A stretch of DNA of 64,000 nt from a virus. The stretch is taken from positions 1 through 64,000 of IMG/VR virus record IMGVR_UViG_3300037141_000279; one strand, 5' to 3'. The notes beneath the pieces were generated by a model that was given only the letters and a program-made list of their open reading frames with translations, did not search any database and was not told the origin of the DNA. Every line of letters starts with the position of its first letter. The stretch's first letter is position 1. A program made the translations under genes and the position numbers. This document shows positions 26,748-37,714 of the stretch, one piece after another.

Positions 26748-28580
26748 TTATTTCTTCGTGTAGTTCTTCAAATCAGATGTGTCGCCGCTGCCGTTGTACG
26801 TGTAGTGGACGCCGTTAATGTCAATGACATGCCCGCCCGCTTGCGCTGCTTCGCCGCGAATCTTCGCACGAGCCGCAGCCGCTTCAGAACTGATAATCGG
26901 AACAGGCGACGCGATACTGGCCGCAGGGGCAGCCGTACTCCACTGCTGTTCGTATGCTTTCTGTTTGCCTTCCAGCAATCCGTCAATTTCTTTAAGGTTG
27001 GTGATCAATTTTCCAGTCGTCATGCCTGGAGTTGTGAAATCAAGTTTCGATTCCCAGTCCTTGACTTCGCCTTCCGAAATCTGACCAGCGGCATATGCTT
27101 TTGACAGTTCGGTCGAGACCGCAGTGCGGTCAATGTCTAAAGCGCGAACATCCTTGTCGCCGAAAAACCCTGTCACTTTGCCTGTGAGACCACCTGATGT
27201 TCCTGGCGCAGTGGCGTGGTCAAACATGCGCGCCAAGTGCGTTTCCACTGTGTTGAGGGCGTTGATGCCTTTTCCTTCAGGACCTCCTGTAAACTTTTTC
27301 CGTACTTCGAGGTATGAAGGATATTTTGTCGCATCGTAATCAGGATACGCATGGTTGAGCGCGCCCAGAATAGTTTGGGCCGCCGCACTTCGTGATCCAG
27401 CAGGCGGCGGTGCTTCACGACCCTCATGAATCGCTTTAATCGTCCCCGCCGTACCGACGGGCAAGGATGCAATGTACTCGTCGCCAGTTTTGGTTTCATC
27501 GCCAGGAATCTGCGCGCCTTTGGCGAGGTTCAACATCTCTTGCCGCATGCCGTTGACGATATCCCGATTCGCTTGGGTATTTTGCGCCGTTTCCGTCTGC
27601 TGCAAAATCTTATCCACACGATCCAAATCTTTGGGGGTGGAGTTAGCATCCATGGCGTAGCCCTGCGGCAATTCTGTCGCACCCTTGTTCGATGCTTGAT
27701 ACCGCTTGAGCATGATATCGTTCATCTTTGTCGCGCCAGCCTCGCCGAATGGCGCGGTCGCTTGCGCGGTAGCTTCTTTAATCTTTGCGTCGTTGACGCC
27801 TTCCTGACCCTTCAATTCCGCCTGCAATCGATTATTGAGTGTGATCAGAGTCCCTGGAGGCGTGCTCGGGTCATCGATAGCTTTTTTCAAAGCAACAAGG
27901 CTTGGATTATCCGCAGGCAGAAGTTGCTCAGCGATGCGATGATTCATCTGGGCATTCGCTTGGATTTGATTTGATGTTTTCGCGTCCGTCGGGCCGCCCT
28001 TCACGAGTTGATCGATTTGAGCAGGGTTCATGCCTGTGCCTGCAAACAAACTATACTTCGCACTGGCCGCCGATGTTTGTGCTTCTTGCGCCTTGAAGTG
28101 ACTCTCGTCAACTTGGTCTTTCACAGTCGCGCCGAGGATCATATTATTCAAATTCGTTTTGTTAATTTCGCCGTTCCACATGGTGTGCTGAATTTCTGCA
28201 CTCTTCTTCGCCGTCGCGGCAGCGTCAGCTTCATTCTTTTGCCGTTGCTGTTCGCCTTGAAATCTTTGAACTTCTTCAGCCCCTCCCTCTCGCCCGTGCG
28301 TCGCTATGCTCTTTGAAGCGGCCCCAAGTCCAACCGCCAAACCTTGGATCATATTTAAGAGGGCTGCATGTTTAGGTGGATTTGGTGTACCAACAGGCGT
28401 TCCGCCAGCGGGTGGCGGCGGCGCAACCTGCGGGTTAATCCCAGGGGCAGCGGGTGTCATATCGGGAGGCGCAACAGCAGGAGTCATTGCGGCATCAGGC
28501 GGGGCAGATTGTTCAGGCGCAGGCATAGGCCCGCTTGCCGATACCCCAGGTGCTGCGAGATTGCCAAGATCAAGTGCCAT
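26748..28580 (-). CDS. Putative internal virion (DNA ejection) protein
   Basis: 610 aa, Pro/Ala-rich N-terminus, helical; position follows the small Gly/Ala ejection-like genes. Confidence 0.6.
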   Translation of the reverse strand: MALDLGNLAAPGVSASGPMPAPEQSAPPDAAMTPAVAPPDMTPAAPGINPQVAPPPPAGGTPVGTPNPPKHAALLNMIQGLAVGLGAASKSIATHGREGGAEEVQRFQGEQQRQKNEADAAATAKKSAEIQHTMWNGEINKTNLNNMILGATVKDQVDESHFKAQEAQTSAASAKYSLFAGTGMNPAQIDQLVKGGPTDAKTSNQIQANAQMNHRIAEQLLPADNPSLVALKKAIDDPSTPPGTLITLNNRLQAELKGQEGVNDAKIKEATAQATAPFGEAGATKMNDIMLKRYQASNKGATELPQGYAMDANSTPKDLDRVDKILQQTETAQNTQANRDIVNGMRQEMLNLAKGAQIPGDETKTGDEYIASLPVGTAGTIKAIHEGREAPPPAGSRSAAAQTILGALNHAYPDYDATKYPSYLEVRKKFTGGPEGKGINALNTVETHLARMFDHATAPGTSGGLTGKVTGFFGDKDVRALDIDRTAVSTELSKAYAAGQISEGEVKDWESKLDFTTPGMTTGKLITNLKEIDGLLEGKQKAYEQQWSTAAPAASIASPVPIISSEAAAARAKIRGEAAQAGGHVIDINGVHYTYNGSGDTSDLKNYTKK

Positions 28581-28581
28581 T

Positions 28582-29130
28582 TTATTTCTCCAAATGATTC
28601 ACAATCTTTTTTGCGTGATCCTGAAACTCCGTGACGTTCATTGTTCGCTTCCACTCATTGCATCGTTGACAACATGGGACGCTGTTTTCAGGCGTATACC
28701 CTATCTGGTTGTCTTGACGATCAATACCCCCATAAATGAAGGGCTCTGCAAACCGACTTCTTGTTTTTTCTCTCCCAGCGCCGTTTCGTGGGGGTTGCCC
28801 ACAATAAAAACAATCTTGCTGCGTCAAAAGATCAAACTGTTCGTCCGACAGATGCCAATCATATCCCCGTTTTTGGGCTTTTTTCTTATACCGCGATAAA
28901 ATTTCATTCCTAACCGCTGTCGATCCTGGGAGCCGTCGCGTATGCCCGAGTTCTGTTCGGTTAGCGCAAACGCCACATTGCGTCAATCGATGAACATGAT
29001 ACGCAAGCACGAGGCGAATCAGGCCACAAGCACATTGACACCGCCAACTTGATCTTCCTGCAAGCGGCTTTACATACTCAAGAACAACCCAGCTTCCAAA
29101 TTTATCTCCAATTGCAATACGAGGTCTCAT
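28582..29130 (-). CDS. HNH homing endonuclease
   Basis: WRCQCACG, DCFYCG, GIDRQDN..GYTPENSVPCCQRCNEWK; own TTGACG/TATCCT promoter. Confidence 0.85.
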   Translation of the reverse strand: MRPRIAIGDKFGSWVVLEYVKPLAGRSSWRCQCACGLIRLVLAYHVHRLTQCGVCANRTELGHTRRLPGSTAVRNEILSRYKKKAQKRGYDWHLSDEQFDLLTQQDCFYCGQPPRNGAGREKTRSRFAEPFIYGGIDRQDNQIGYTPENSVPCCQRCNEWKRTMNVTEFQDHAKKIVNHLEK

Positions 29131-29221
29131 ATGGCTATCTCCTAACCGCATCAACAGGATAGCACGTTTGTCTCCTCTTCGTCAAGCCTAAAATCCACTA
29201 CCCGTCCCTGATAAGGTCCTT

Positions 29222-29935
29222 TTACGCCGCTGGCGGTGCTGCAGGTGTGCCTGCTGGGGCGGCAGGGGCTGCTGGAGCCGCTGACGCTTCTGGTGTGCCT
29301 TCTGATGTATCCCCGCCGCCTTGAGCCTCACCTTGAGCCTCTGGTGCGGATTCTTGGCCCTCTGGGGCCTCGTCGGCTTCAGGTGCGCGCAGTTGCGGAG
29401 CGTGTCCGCCATCTTTGGTTCCTGAGTGCGCCCGAGCCATGGCTTGCATGGGTTTGTACATGATCTGGGTGAGCATACCACCGAAATCAAACAGATTCAT
29501 TCCCGCGCCGTCTGCCTTCTTGACCAAATCCAATTGACTGTTCGCAGTCACGACATCTGGGTCATCTTTACCAATCAAAGACCCGAGGTTGTTCAAATGT
29601 TTTTGAGCGGCTTCAATTGAAGCCTTGGCGTGCTCGTTGTCTTTCGAGATGATAGTCTGCCGCAGTTTATCCGCAGGGTGACCAACGGTCTCCCCCTCTG
29701 CCGAATGCCATCCCTTGCCGCCTGCACGATGTGCGGACGTGATCATATTACCTGTCAGCCCGCCGTTCTGGTCTGCAGCCTGAGTAACCGCGTCGATATG
29801 ATCGGACATGGATTGACCTTCGACGTATGGTACTGTAAACGTGCGGCGCACTCCAGCTTCGTCAAACTGTTTCGCCAGTTTTTCGTTCAGCGCGCTGTAG
29901 CTATTTTGAATGCTAATTTTTTCGGCCATGAACAA
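29222..29935 (-). CDS. Virion-block hypothetical protein
   Basis: 237 aa with an Ala/Pro/Glu low-complexity tail. Confidence 0.6.
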   Translation of the reverse strand: MFMAEKISIQNSYSALNEKLAKQFDEAGVRRTFTVPYVEGQSMSDHIDAVTQAADQNGGLTGNMITSAHRAGGKGWHSAEGETVGHPADKLRQTIISKDNEHAKASIEAAQKHLNNLGSLIGKDDPDVVTANSQLDLVKKADGAGMNLFDFGGMLTQIMYKPMQAMARAHSGTKDGGHAPQLRAPEADEAPEGQESAPEAQGEAQGGGDTSEGTPEASAAPAAPAAPAGTPAAPPAA

Positions 29936-29939
29936 TCCT

Positions 29940-30560
29940 TTACTTCGGCATGAATCCAGCGGCCGCCTTCCCTAATCCAGCAATCCCGCCCAGAACACCA
30001 GAAAGTTCGTTCCACCCTTGTTCCTTCGCTTGCAAAACGCCGCCGCCTGCGCTCACTCCCGCGCTGGACGCGCCGAGTGATCCGCTGATGTCTTGACCTG
30101 CTGCGCCACCGTAGTCTGCCCCCACTTGCTGCAGCCCGCTAAGTGATTTCCACATATTTTCTTGTTTTAGGGCTTCATCTTGCGATCCGAGTTGAGCCGT
30201 TTCGCTCGATTTTTCCTGGGCTGCCTGCGAAGCGATTTGTCCAACTACTGCGCCAGTGCCGCCGCCGCCGACATCCGCCGCGCCGTGCGTCCCACCAAAT
30301 GCCGCAGCCGCGCCGATGGCTTGCTTGGCCGCGCGCGAGGTATTTTCGTTGATCGAAGTCGTGGCCAGATGCAGTTGCTGCGGCGTATATCCCATCGGAT
30401 TCGCCGCCTGATACGCCATCCGCGCATTCAGGTTACCCAGAATCTGGCTCTGATTGGCCATAGACGACGTATACGCCGCCGTCAGGTTAGTGTTCGCCTT
30501 CAGGTTCGCATCTTGCAATGCCTGATCGTCTGCTGCGACTTGTCCGCCACTGCTGCACAT
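29940..30560 (-). CDS. Putative small ejection protein (Gly/Ala/Gln-rich, P22 gp7-like position)
   Basis: Starts MCSSGG, follows the GNAT gene, Gly/Ala-rich. Confidence 0.6.
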   Translation of the reverse strand: MCSSGGQVAADDQALQDANLKANTNLTAAYTSSMANQSQILGNLNARMAYQAANPMGYTPQQLHLATTSINENTSRAAKQAIGAAAAFGGTHGAADVGGGGTGAVVGQIASQAAQEKSSETAQLGSQDEALKQENMWKSLSGLQQVGADYGGAAGQDISGSLGASSAGVSAGGGVLQAKEQGWNELSGVLGGIAGLGKAAAGFMPK

Positions 30561-30564
30561 TTGC

Positions 30565-31008
30565 TTATGCCTCTACTGGTTCTGCTGCTGGTTCCATCGC
30601 TTTGTTGATATCAAAACGAAATAGATTGCGGTCATCCTTCTCAAAACCTAAATGCAAGGCAACCTGCCCCATTGCATATGAATCTCGCGAGAGAGTTGTA
30701 ATCTCACGCACACCAAATTGAACTGCAAAAGCTGTAGCAAAATCCAGCAATCCCTGCATTGCTTTCAGTTTCTCTGATGCACGAGCATCTGGCGAAAACG
30801 CTAAGTGGGCCAAATGCATCTGAGCGTATAAAGGCGCAAAAGCTACAGGTTTGCCATCACAACACGCCACCAAGAATATACAGGTAGGATTATTTCCCTT
30901 GATAGTGCGCTGCACATCCCCTAAATCAATCTGTGGGTTGTTCTGCACCCACTCGGCAAATACAGGAGCGTCCGATGCATTCGCCCCCCGATATGTCCAT
31001 TCACTCAT
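30565..31008 (-). CDS. GNAT-fold acetyltransferase-like protein
   Basis: YRGANASD...LVACCDGKPVAF...LHLGFE; typical position before ejection genes. Confidence 0.65.
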   Translation of the reverse strand: MSEWTYRGANASDAPVFAEWVQNNPQIDLGDVQRTIKGNNPTCIFLVACCDGKPVAFAPLYAQMHLAHLAFSPDARASEKLKAMQGLLDFATAFAVQFGVREITTLSRDSYAMGQVALHLGFEKDDRNLFRFDINKAMEPAAEPVEA

Positions 31009-31012
31009 TCAG

Positions 31013-31546
31013 CTATCCCCAGGCAATGGTTTTAAGAACTCGTGTATCCCATGCTTTTTTACGATTCTCGCCAGATATAAACTTCGCCCGATGCGTCGCG
31101 GCGAGCGGTTGCCCCATCTTACTTGCGCTAATCCGCGCACATCTCTCTGGCGTATGCGAACCTCGAATTTTTCCTGCGTTTGCAAACCGCAGTTTTTTCT
31201 TTACCTCGGATGAAACGACATGACCTGTCGCATTTTTATTACGACGAGCCGCGTCCCCCATTCGCTTACGAGACGCAGGGGAGAGCGCAATTGGTATTTC
31301 GCCTCCCGCCGTCACATTATGAAGGCATCCAGTTCCGATATCTAGTCGCCCCCAATTACGAATTAGTTCCATTTCAGTGTTCAATGCGTCTTGTTCCGAC
31401 GCTCGTACGAGAATCAAAATACGAGACTTATCTCTTGGTGGTCTCAGGTTTCGGCGATGCAATACAAATGCTCGCTTTCCTGACCCCTTCCCCACGTAAT
31501 ACGGGGTGCCATCCTTCCGAAGCCACAGATAAGAATAGAATTCCAT
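31013..31546 (-). CDS. GIY-YIG homing endonuclease with NUMOD3-like repeats
   Basis: FYSYLW...PYYVGKG...R...E...NVTAGG. Confidence 0.85.
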   Translation of the reverse strand: MEFYSYLWLRKDGTPYYVGKGSGKRAFVLHRRNLRPPRDKSRILILVRASEQDALNTEMELIRNWGRLDIGTGCLHNVTAGGEIPIALSPASRKRMGDAARRNKNATGHVVSSEVKKKLRFANAGKIRGSHTPERCARISASKMGQPLAATHRAKFISGENRKKAWDTRVLKTIAWG

Positions 31547-31551
31547 GCTCT

Positions 31552-31570
31552 ACTTATACCACGAAAAGTC
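31552..31570 (-). promoter_or_regulatory. Putative late promoter variant GACT-N8-TATAAGT
   Basis: GACTTTTCGTGGTATAAGT, 5 nt before the ATG. Confidence 0.55.
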
Positions 31571-31575
31571 TTAAT

Positions 31576-32142
31576 TTACACCAGTCGGACATGATGCGAT
31601 GGGCTGCTTAGAACGTCCGTCTCTCCCCAATTTCCAAAACTTGTTACGTGCAAAGTGTGCGGCGCTGTGTGCACAGGCACCGTAAAACGAAGCGGTGATT
31701 GCGCGCCGCCTGCCACCAGGACAGGCTGAGCCTGCCCCGCGCGACGCAAATACACGTTCGCCCCCGCAAAATATGGGTCCCCTGCAGGATGCCGAAACTG
31801 AACGGTAACCGTCTTCTGTCCATTGACCGCCTTCTGCGTCACAACCCGCACCCCCGAAACATTCTGAGGTGTCGTGCGCGGCGGAACAACAGATGTGCTC
31901 GGCTGTGTAGTCGGCAGCACAATCGGCGTCTGGGGCTTCGCTGACCCCTTGGTCTGTTGAATTTTATTCTCTGTATTTTGCTTTGCTGGCCAAATAATTT
32001 GCGTCGCAGGGATCGACCCAGGATGCGGTGTGATCTGCGTGACGATTTGAGACAACCATGTGCCTGATTTGTTCATCGCCTTAGTCCTGACTTTCCTTGA
32101 ACGCGATGGCCTTGATTGTGTTAGGAGCATTTTCAGGTTCAA
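31576..32142 (-). CDS. Tail-associated protein with a C-terminal FN3-like domain
   Basis: PQNVSGV...YFAGANVY...HVTSFGNWGET; probable start MNKSG. Confidence 0.55.
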   Translation of the reverse strand: MNLKMLLTQSRPSRSRKVRTKAMNKSGTWLSQIVTQITPHPGSIPATQIIWPAKQNTENKIQQTKGSAKPQTPIVLPTTQPSTSVVPPRTTPQNVSGVRVVTQKAVNGQKTVTVQFRHPAGDPYFAGANVYLRRAGQAQPVLVAGGAQSPLRFTVPVHTAPHTLHVTSFGNWGETDVLSSPSHHVRLV

Positions 32143-35100
32143 ATTGAATACGAACTTGCAAATGATGGATGTACTGGCTCATATCGAAACTGTTCACCAT
32201 ATTTATGGGCCAGCGCAACGCCAACAGAGATTTCGACGGATGATTTTGGCCGACAGGGGGCTCTTGCAATACTTCAGGCAGTTGAACGAACCCAACCCCT
32301 TGAGTGTCATTGACTTCATTCGGCAACAGCCAAATATTCGGCTGCGATGATCCGCCATTCTGAAGTGTGCCGACGGCATTGAAATACCCGACCACATGCT
32401 GCAGAGCAATCAGAGGTGCACCCAACTGAGACAACGTGATGCTGCCGATGACGACATTGCAAAGCGAATACGGTGTTCCATTATTCGCGCCATACACGCC
32501 GCAATCTCCCCAAGAGTTTGTGTCACGAGCGTAGAGATAATTCCCTGGGTTTTGATAGGTGACCGTCACCTGCACTTCAGCGATATCGACGTTAGGTGTC
32601 CCGCTCAGCCCCGTAAATGTGCTCGTGATGTCGAAGCCCAGCGCACCCGCGTTGAACGCAGTCGGGCTACCCCATGTCATCCCCCATGTATCAAGCACGC
32701 CGCCAAACGTGACAGTGGTGTTGGCGAGACCCAACGAAAATGTGTGAGATGTGGACCCCATGCCCGCACCCGTCGGTTTAATGGTCAGCGTCAAATCTCC
32801 GCTAATCTCAGACTGCTTCCCGATCACGGTGACCTGAACCCCTTGCACTACAGCAGTGAGCGGAATCAAGGTCAACGGAGTCGTGCCAAACGGATATGCC
32901 GCGCGTAAAGTTTGCGATGTGCCTGCCGCCGCAAATGTCGCTACCGCATATAATGCAGGATTTCCTGCAGTGATGTTGTTCGGATTCACCCAAGCCGCGC
33001 CTGTCCCAACGCTTGTCCCCGACAATGGATTCGCGGGGCCGAGAGTCGAGGTGATGCCACCTGTCGGTGACGCCAGCATGAGGCTGTTAAATCCAACCGA
33101 CGTTTCAACTGAACGCAACGCACCCGCGCCGCATGCAGGAAACGCAGGAACGCTCCATGCGGGGACATTGCTTCCATACCGCAGCACTTGGTCGACGCCG
33201 TTGCTGACGAACGTGCCCACATCAAGTCCGTTGCGATGTGTGGTCGCGTAGGTCTTGATGGCAGTGAAGTTTGTCGTCAGATAATCGGAGATATGTTCGC
33301 CGATCTCTAGTTTTTGCGTGCCAACCAATTCAAAATATTGTCGCTGCGTCGTGAACAAACCAACGATTGATCCGTCGCGGAATATCGCGTTCGGGTTCGA
33401 GATTCCAAAGTTGCTCAAGAAATCTGTGGGATAGAAACTGATCGTCTCAGGTCCGCCCAGGATCGCGTTGACGCGGTCGGCCAAGAAAACCATCAGTCCG
33501 ACGCCGTCTGCGGTCGGCTCGATGCCGAGTACAGGTCCAGCAAATTGAAAGCGATTGCCTGGAGGCCACGCTTGTTCAGGACGCCCGTTTGTGCAATCAG
33601 GCCCCGCGTTGAAATAAACATAGTTTCCGTTCACCATCCACAATCGCCCACCCCAGTATGCGAGAATCGTGCCTGCGTTGTAGATGGAGATGGATTTGAA
33701 CAGAGAAGACCCTGGCCCTCCTGGCGGGGGATCGTTCTGGTGGTACAGCGGCGCAACCAGAAGAATATCCAGGTCGGCATCAATCACAAAATCGTCATAG
33801 GTCCAGACAACACCCGCGCCTGGGTTCGTCACCGCACCGTCGAACAGATATGTGCCACCGCCATCACTCGTGCGATAGATTTCAACCGCATTGAACGTCG
33901 CTGTGCCTGTTTCCACTGTCTGAACATAGTTCGCATTTTCAAAATAAATATGAAACCATGTGTTCTGAGTCCCCACAGGCTGGTCTACAGCGATGACCTG
34001 GAATTGCTGGCCATTCAGGAATGTCGCACCCGTCATCCCAGCCAAGGTGACCCAAAGCCCGTCTTGAAAATTATTGCTGGCTGTAATCGTCACCACGTTC
34101 GCTGTGATACTCACCGCGGTAATGGTGGCGATAGAGTTACAAAGAGGTGAGCCTGTCCCGACCCCTGTGATGGTCGCCATCAAAGGAATTGCTACCCCTG
34201 AATCCAAAGCCAGCGAGACCGCGCCGAGCGTTGTCACGGCTGTCCAATTACCGTTAGCATTCACCGTCCCGATATCACCAGTGGGTCCGTATGCCACATG
34301 TGCCACAAAACCCGTTGACTCAAACTGGGTCGTAGACAAACCTGTTGCGCTAACTGTGACCGTCAACCCGTTGAGCCATGTCGCGGTTCCAACGCCGCTA
34401 AACGTCACCGTCTGCCCCGCCACCAAATTGTTGATCGCTTGGATAATCAATACTGCGCCGCCCGTCACTTCGACAGAGGTCAGCGGAAAGATTGAGGATG
34501 GCACGGCGGACGTGACCGTGAACGAAAGGTTATTCACCGAGGTGCCTGTCGTCAAACCTCGGACAGTGAAAACATTCCCTATCGCGAAGTTGTTTGATCC
34601 GTAGAACGTAACAATGTTTGGCGTTCCCGCCACGATTTTGAAACTCGTAATCGATCCGTTCAGAGGTCCGAGGATCGCGCCTGTGTTCGGTGAGAACGGG
34701 CTCGCCGTGGTCAAGTGATCGTAGATCGTACGATAAGCATAAACGTACTCATATCCAGTGAACGCAAGACCTGTGCCTTGCCCGAGGTTTGTCCAAGTAT
34801 ACGACCCATCAACAGTCAGGCCGCCGTCTGTCGTGTTCCAAACTGGAGGAATGACGCCAGTCACCAACGGTGTCGTTGTCAGCGCCCAGTACGGAACGAT
34901 GAGCGAAGAGCCTGTCGCCGCGTAGGCTGCGGATGGTGTGATTCCTGTGTTGCCCGCGACCAGAGAAATCCAATACTGTCCGCCAAAAGAGACCACTTCG
35001 CCGACAGCGTACGGGGTAGCCACGTCCCATGCAGGAACTGGGTTCGCAATATATGTGCTGAGTTGCAAATTTCCGTTCGGGTCCAAGATCACTACAGGTG

Positions 35101-36993
35101 TCGGATATCCTGTGACGGGATACCATGTCTGAATGTTTCCGTAATTTGTCCAGGTCAGCCCGCCATCCACCACGTTGTTGCCGACGTTCGTCGGCCACAC
35201 AGGTTCGTTCGCGCCCGTGATTCCAGGTCCGCTTTGACCACTTGCCAATGTGTAATATATCGTAACCGTCGGCTGGTTCGGGAAATCAAAACCAACTTCA
35301 GGAACCACCGACCCACCAACGATGGAGGAGATGAGTGCCGAGATAGCGACACCGAAACCAGATGGTCCGTTTGCATTAAGCTGCGCCGCTGTCGGTGTTA
35401 TTCCCCAGATGCCCGCGACGTTTGTAGGTCCACCATACGTTGCGAATGTGTATCCAGCCTGTGACCAGACAGTTGACGCAGCCACATCTGATCCTGATAC
35501 CGAGCCGCCGATCACCAGTTTCACCGAGTGGTCTTGAACTGCGCCGAGCCCCACGTTCCACTGCGGGATCGTCACTTCGATTCCCACGACGGTCGCGCCA
35601 GTAGGAACAGCGTTGTTGAAACTCTGCAAGAATAAATATGGCGTCCACCCTGTCGCGAGCGTGGTGAGCGGAAACACAACCGTAAGCCCGACCGCTTCGC
35701 CTGAACCCGAGAAACTCCATGTCGGACTGGCTGAAGTCACCGCACCATAATATGCATTGGCTAATGTATCAGTGCCGAGCGCGGTGATTGATGCGCCTGG
35801 GGTATATCCAGCGGGCGCGGACCCTGCAAACGATCCAACAAGAAACGACGTGCTGAACACAAGTTGTGTGCCGCTAAATGCTACCGTGCCTGTATCGAAT
35901 GATGTGGGGTGAACCACAAAATTGCTTGCGCTGGTTGTCGCGGTGGCGCTGATGCCTGAAAACTCATGCGCGGTGATCTCAAACGCTGGATTACTGAGCA
36001 CGACCGAAATGGTCGGCACCCCGCCGACAGTCACAGGCGTAGTCCAAACCCATTCAGTCGAATAATAATTATTTCCACCACCGCCAGCGTAGACGCCTGT
36101 ATGCATTGCCTGCTGAGAGTAGACGTTCCCCAAATCATCGGTCACTGAGATGGCAGACGGAATGACGTTGGTCGTCAGTATACCAAACGTAATTACAAGG
36201 ACGTTGCCGACGGTCACCGCAGAGGGAAGAGTGATCGTCCCTGTTGTGGATGCGGTGGCTGATGCGTTTTGTTGAATGTGGCTATATCCTTCTTGGACTG
36301 CGTACCCACCATGAATTGGATCGTAAGTCCAGGTAAGCGCAAGACTCCCACCCAAAGCCAATGTGCTCGCGGCAGTTGGAAATTCAAACGCACCGTTCGG
36401 AATCAAAATCGCGGTGACCGTCTCCACATTTCCATTGGTATCGAGAATACTGTCGCCGAGACTAAATGTCGTGAACGGCTGCCAAAAACCCAGACCATTC
36501 ACAGTCGGCGTGATCGTCGGAGCCGCAAGACCCCAAATTGACAGATTGGTTCCATCCCACGCATATAAATCTGCAGGAGCCCCGTCTGAATAATACGTCA
36601 TATTGCCGATGGTGTTGATGTACCCCTGGGCAATGGTCGTCTTGGGGATGATGGTCGTAAGCGAGGTATCCGTAAAGGTCGCCAAGCGGTGGTTTGTGTC
36701 CACGAAGGCAGAGACCTGCCCGTTCAAATTTCGCGATGAGTAAAACTGATTGACGATTTCCGAATCCGCCATCGGGATCGGACAGAAAATAGAGAAGCCA
36801 GGGCGGCGCTGCCATTCATAAAGGTCAGTGTCTTCCATGTTCGCGCCGTCAATCACAGGATCGTGAAACGACACCACGTTGATGCCGATGTTTTTGAACG
36901 GGGCAAAAAGCTGACTTCTATGTGTGTAAAAACCGCTTAAAGAAAGAACTCAATTGCAAGTGCGGGATCACTTTGCGATAATTTTCTAGCCAT
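32081..36993 (-). CDS. Large tail/nozzle (DNA stabilisation-like) protein with inserted carbohydrate-binding-like repeats; apparent frameshift at ~36940
   Basis: 1598-aa frame is open upstream to ~36950; a likely ATG at 36993 is out of frame. Beta-rich, with repeated DG.xTWTN.G motifs and AWDVATPYAVGEVV (CBM5/12-like). Confidence 0.7.
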
Positions 36994-37655
36994 TGTGTTC
37001 TTTCTCCTTTCGGGCTCGGCGAGCCGCTTCTCTTACTTTCGACGCCACTGATTTTTTCGCACAGGTTTCTTCCGAATCCTTGAACCCCGTGCGGGCGGCA
37101 GATTGTTTATTTCTCGTCTCTAAGGTGACCACATGATTTTGCAATCTCGCGGAGATAGCGGCACACTCTTCAGAAGATTTTACGCGCCCGCGATTCGCCG
37201 CCGCCGTTTTCTCAATAGCGGGCGGACTGCTTGCACCCTTTTCGAGATTGCCCATTCCGCACCAAAGCCACACGACCTTCAGGAGAAAATTCACGTTTGC
37301 GGGTAGATGCCCGTGCAGTTCGTTCAGATGTCCACAGACTTCCGCCTGCTTGGATGTTATATCCATGCGGCTGCTTGGTCTGCAGCAAAATAATCCAAAC
37401 TTTTTCAAGATTGTCAAGTTCCTGGGCTGACTGAGCCACGGACAAGGTCTGGTGTTCGAACGACTCCGCACCATATTTGCGAATGGCTTTTGCAATCAAT
37501 GCGCCATATCCAGGGTGATGTGGAAGGCGCGCCGCCGTCAGGTGCTTGCCCCAACGTCGTGACACACCCACAGTCGTCTGCCCCACATACCCCTTGTCCG
37601 AGGCAGTGTTCCAATGCAGATAGATTTCTCCACGAAATGGCGCAGCAGCATTCAT
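36986..37655 (-). pseudogene. GIY-YIG/NUMOD3 homing endonuclease split by a frameshift near 37225
   Basis: GEIY..KGYVGQT...GYNIQAGG in frame 37655-37212; NUMOD3-like repeats (GRVKSSEECAAIS, GFKDSEETCAKKS) continue in the +1 frame to 36986. Confidence 0.7.
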
Positions 37656-37681
37656 AATGTGAGCGAGGCGTTTAGCCCTCT

Positions 37682-37700
37682 ATCTATGGTTTGGGAAGTC
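37682..37700 (-). promoter_or_regulatory. Putative late promoter GACT-N8-CATAGAT
   Basis: GACTTCCCAAACCATAGAT. Confidence 0.65.
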
Positions 37701-37714
37701 TTATTTTGAGTTTG

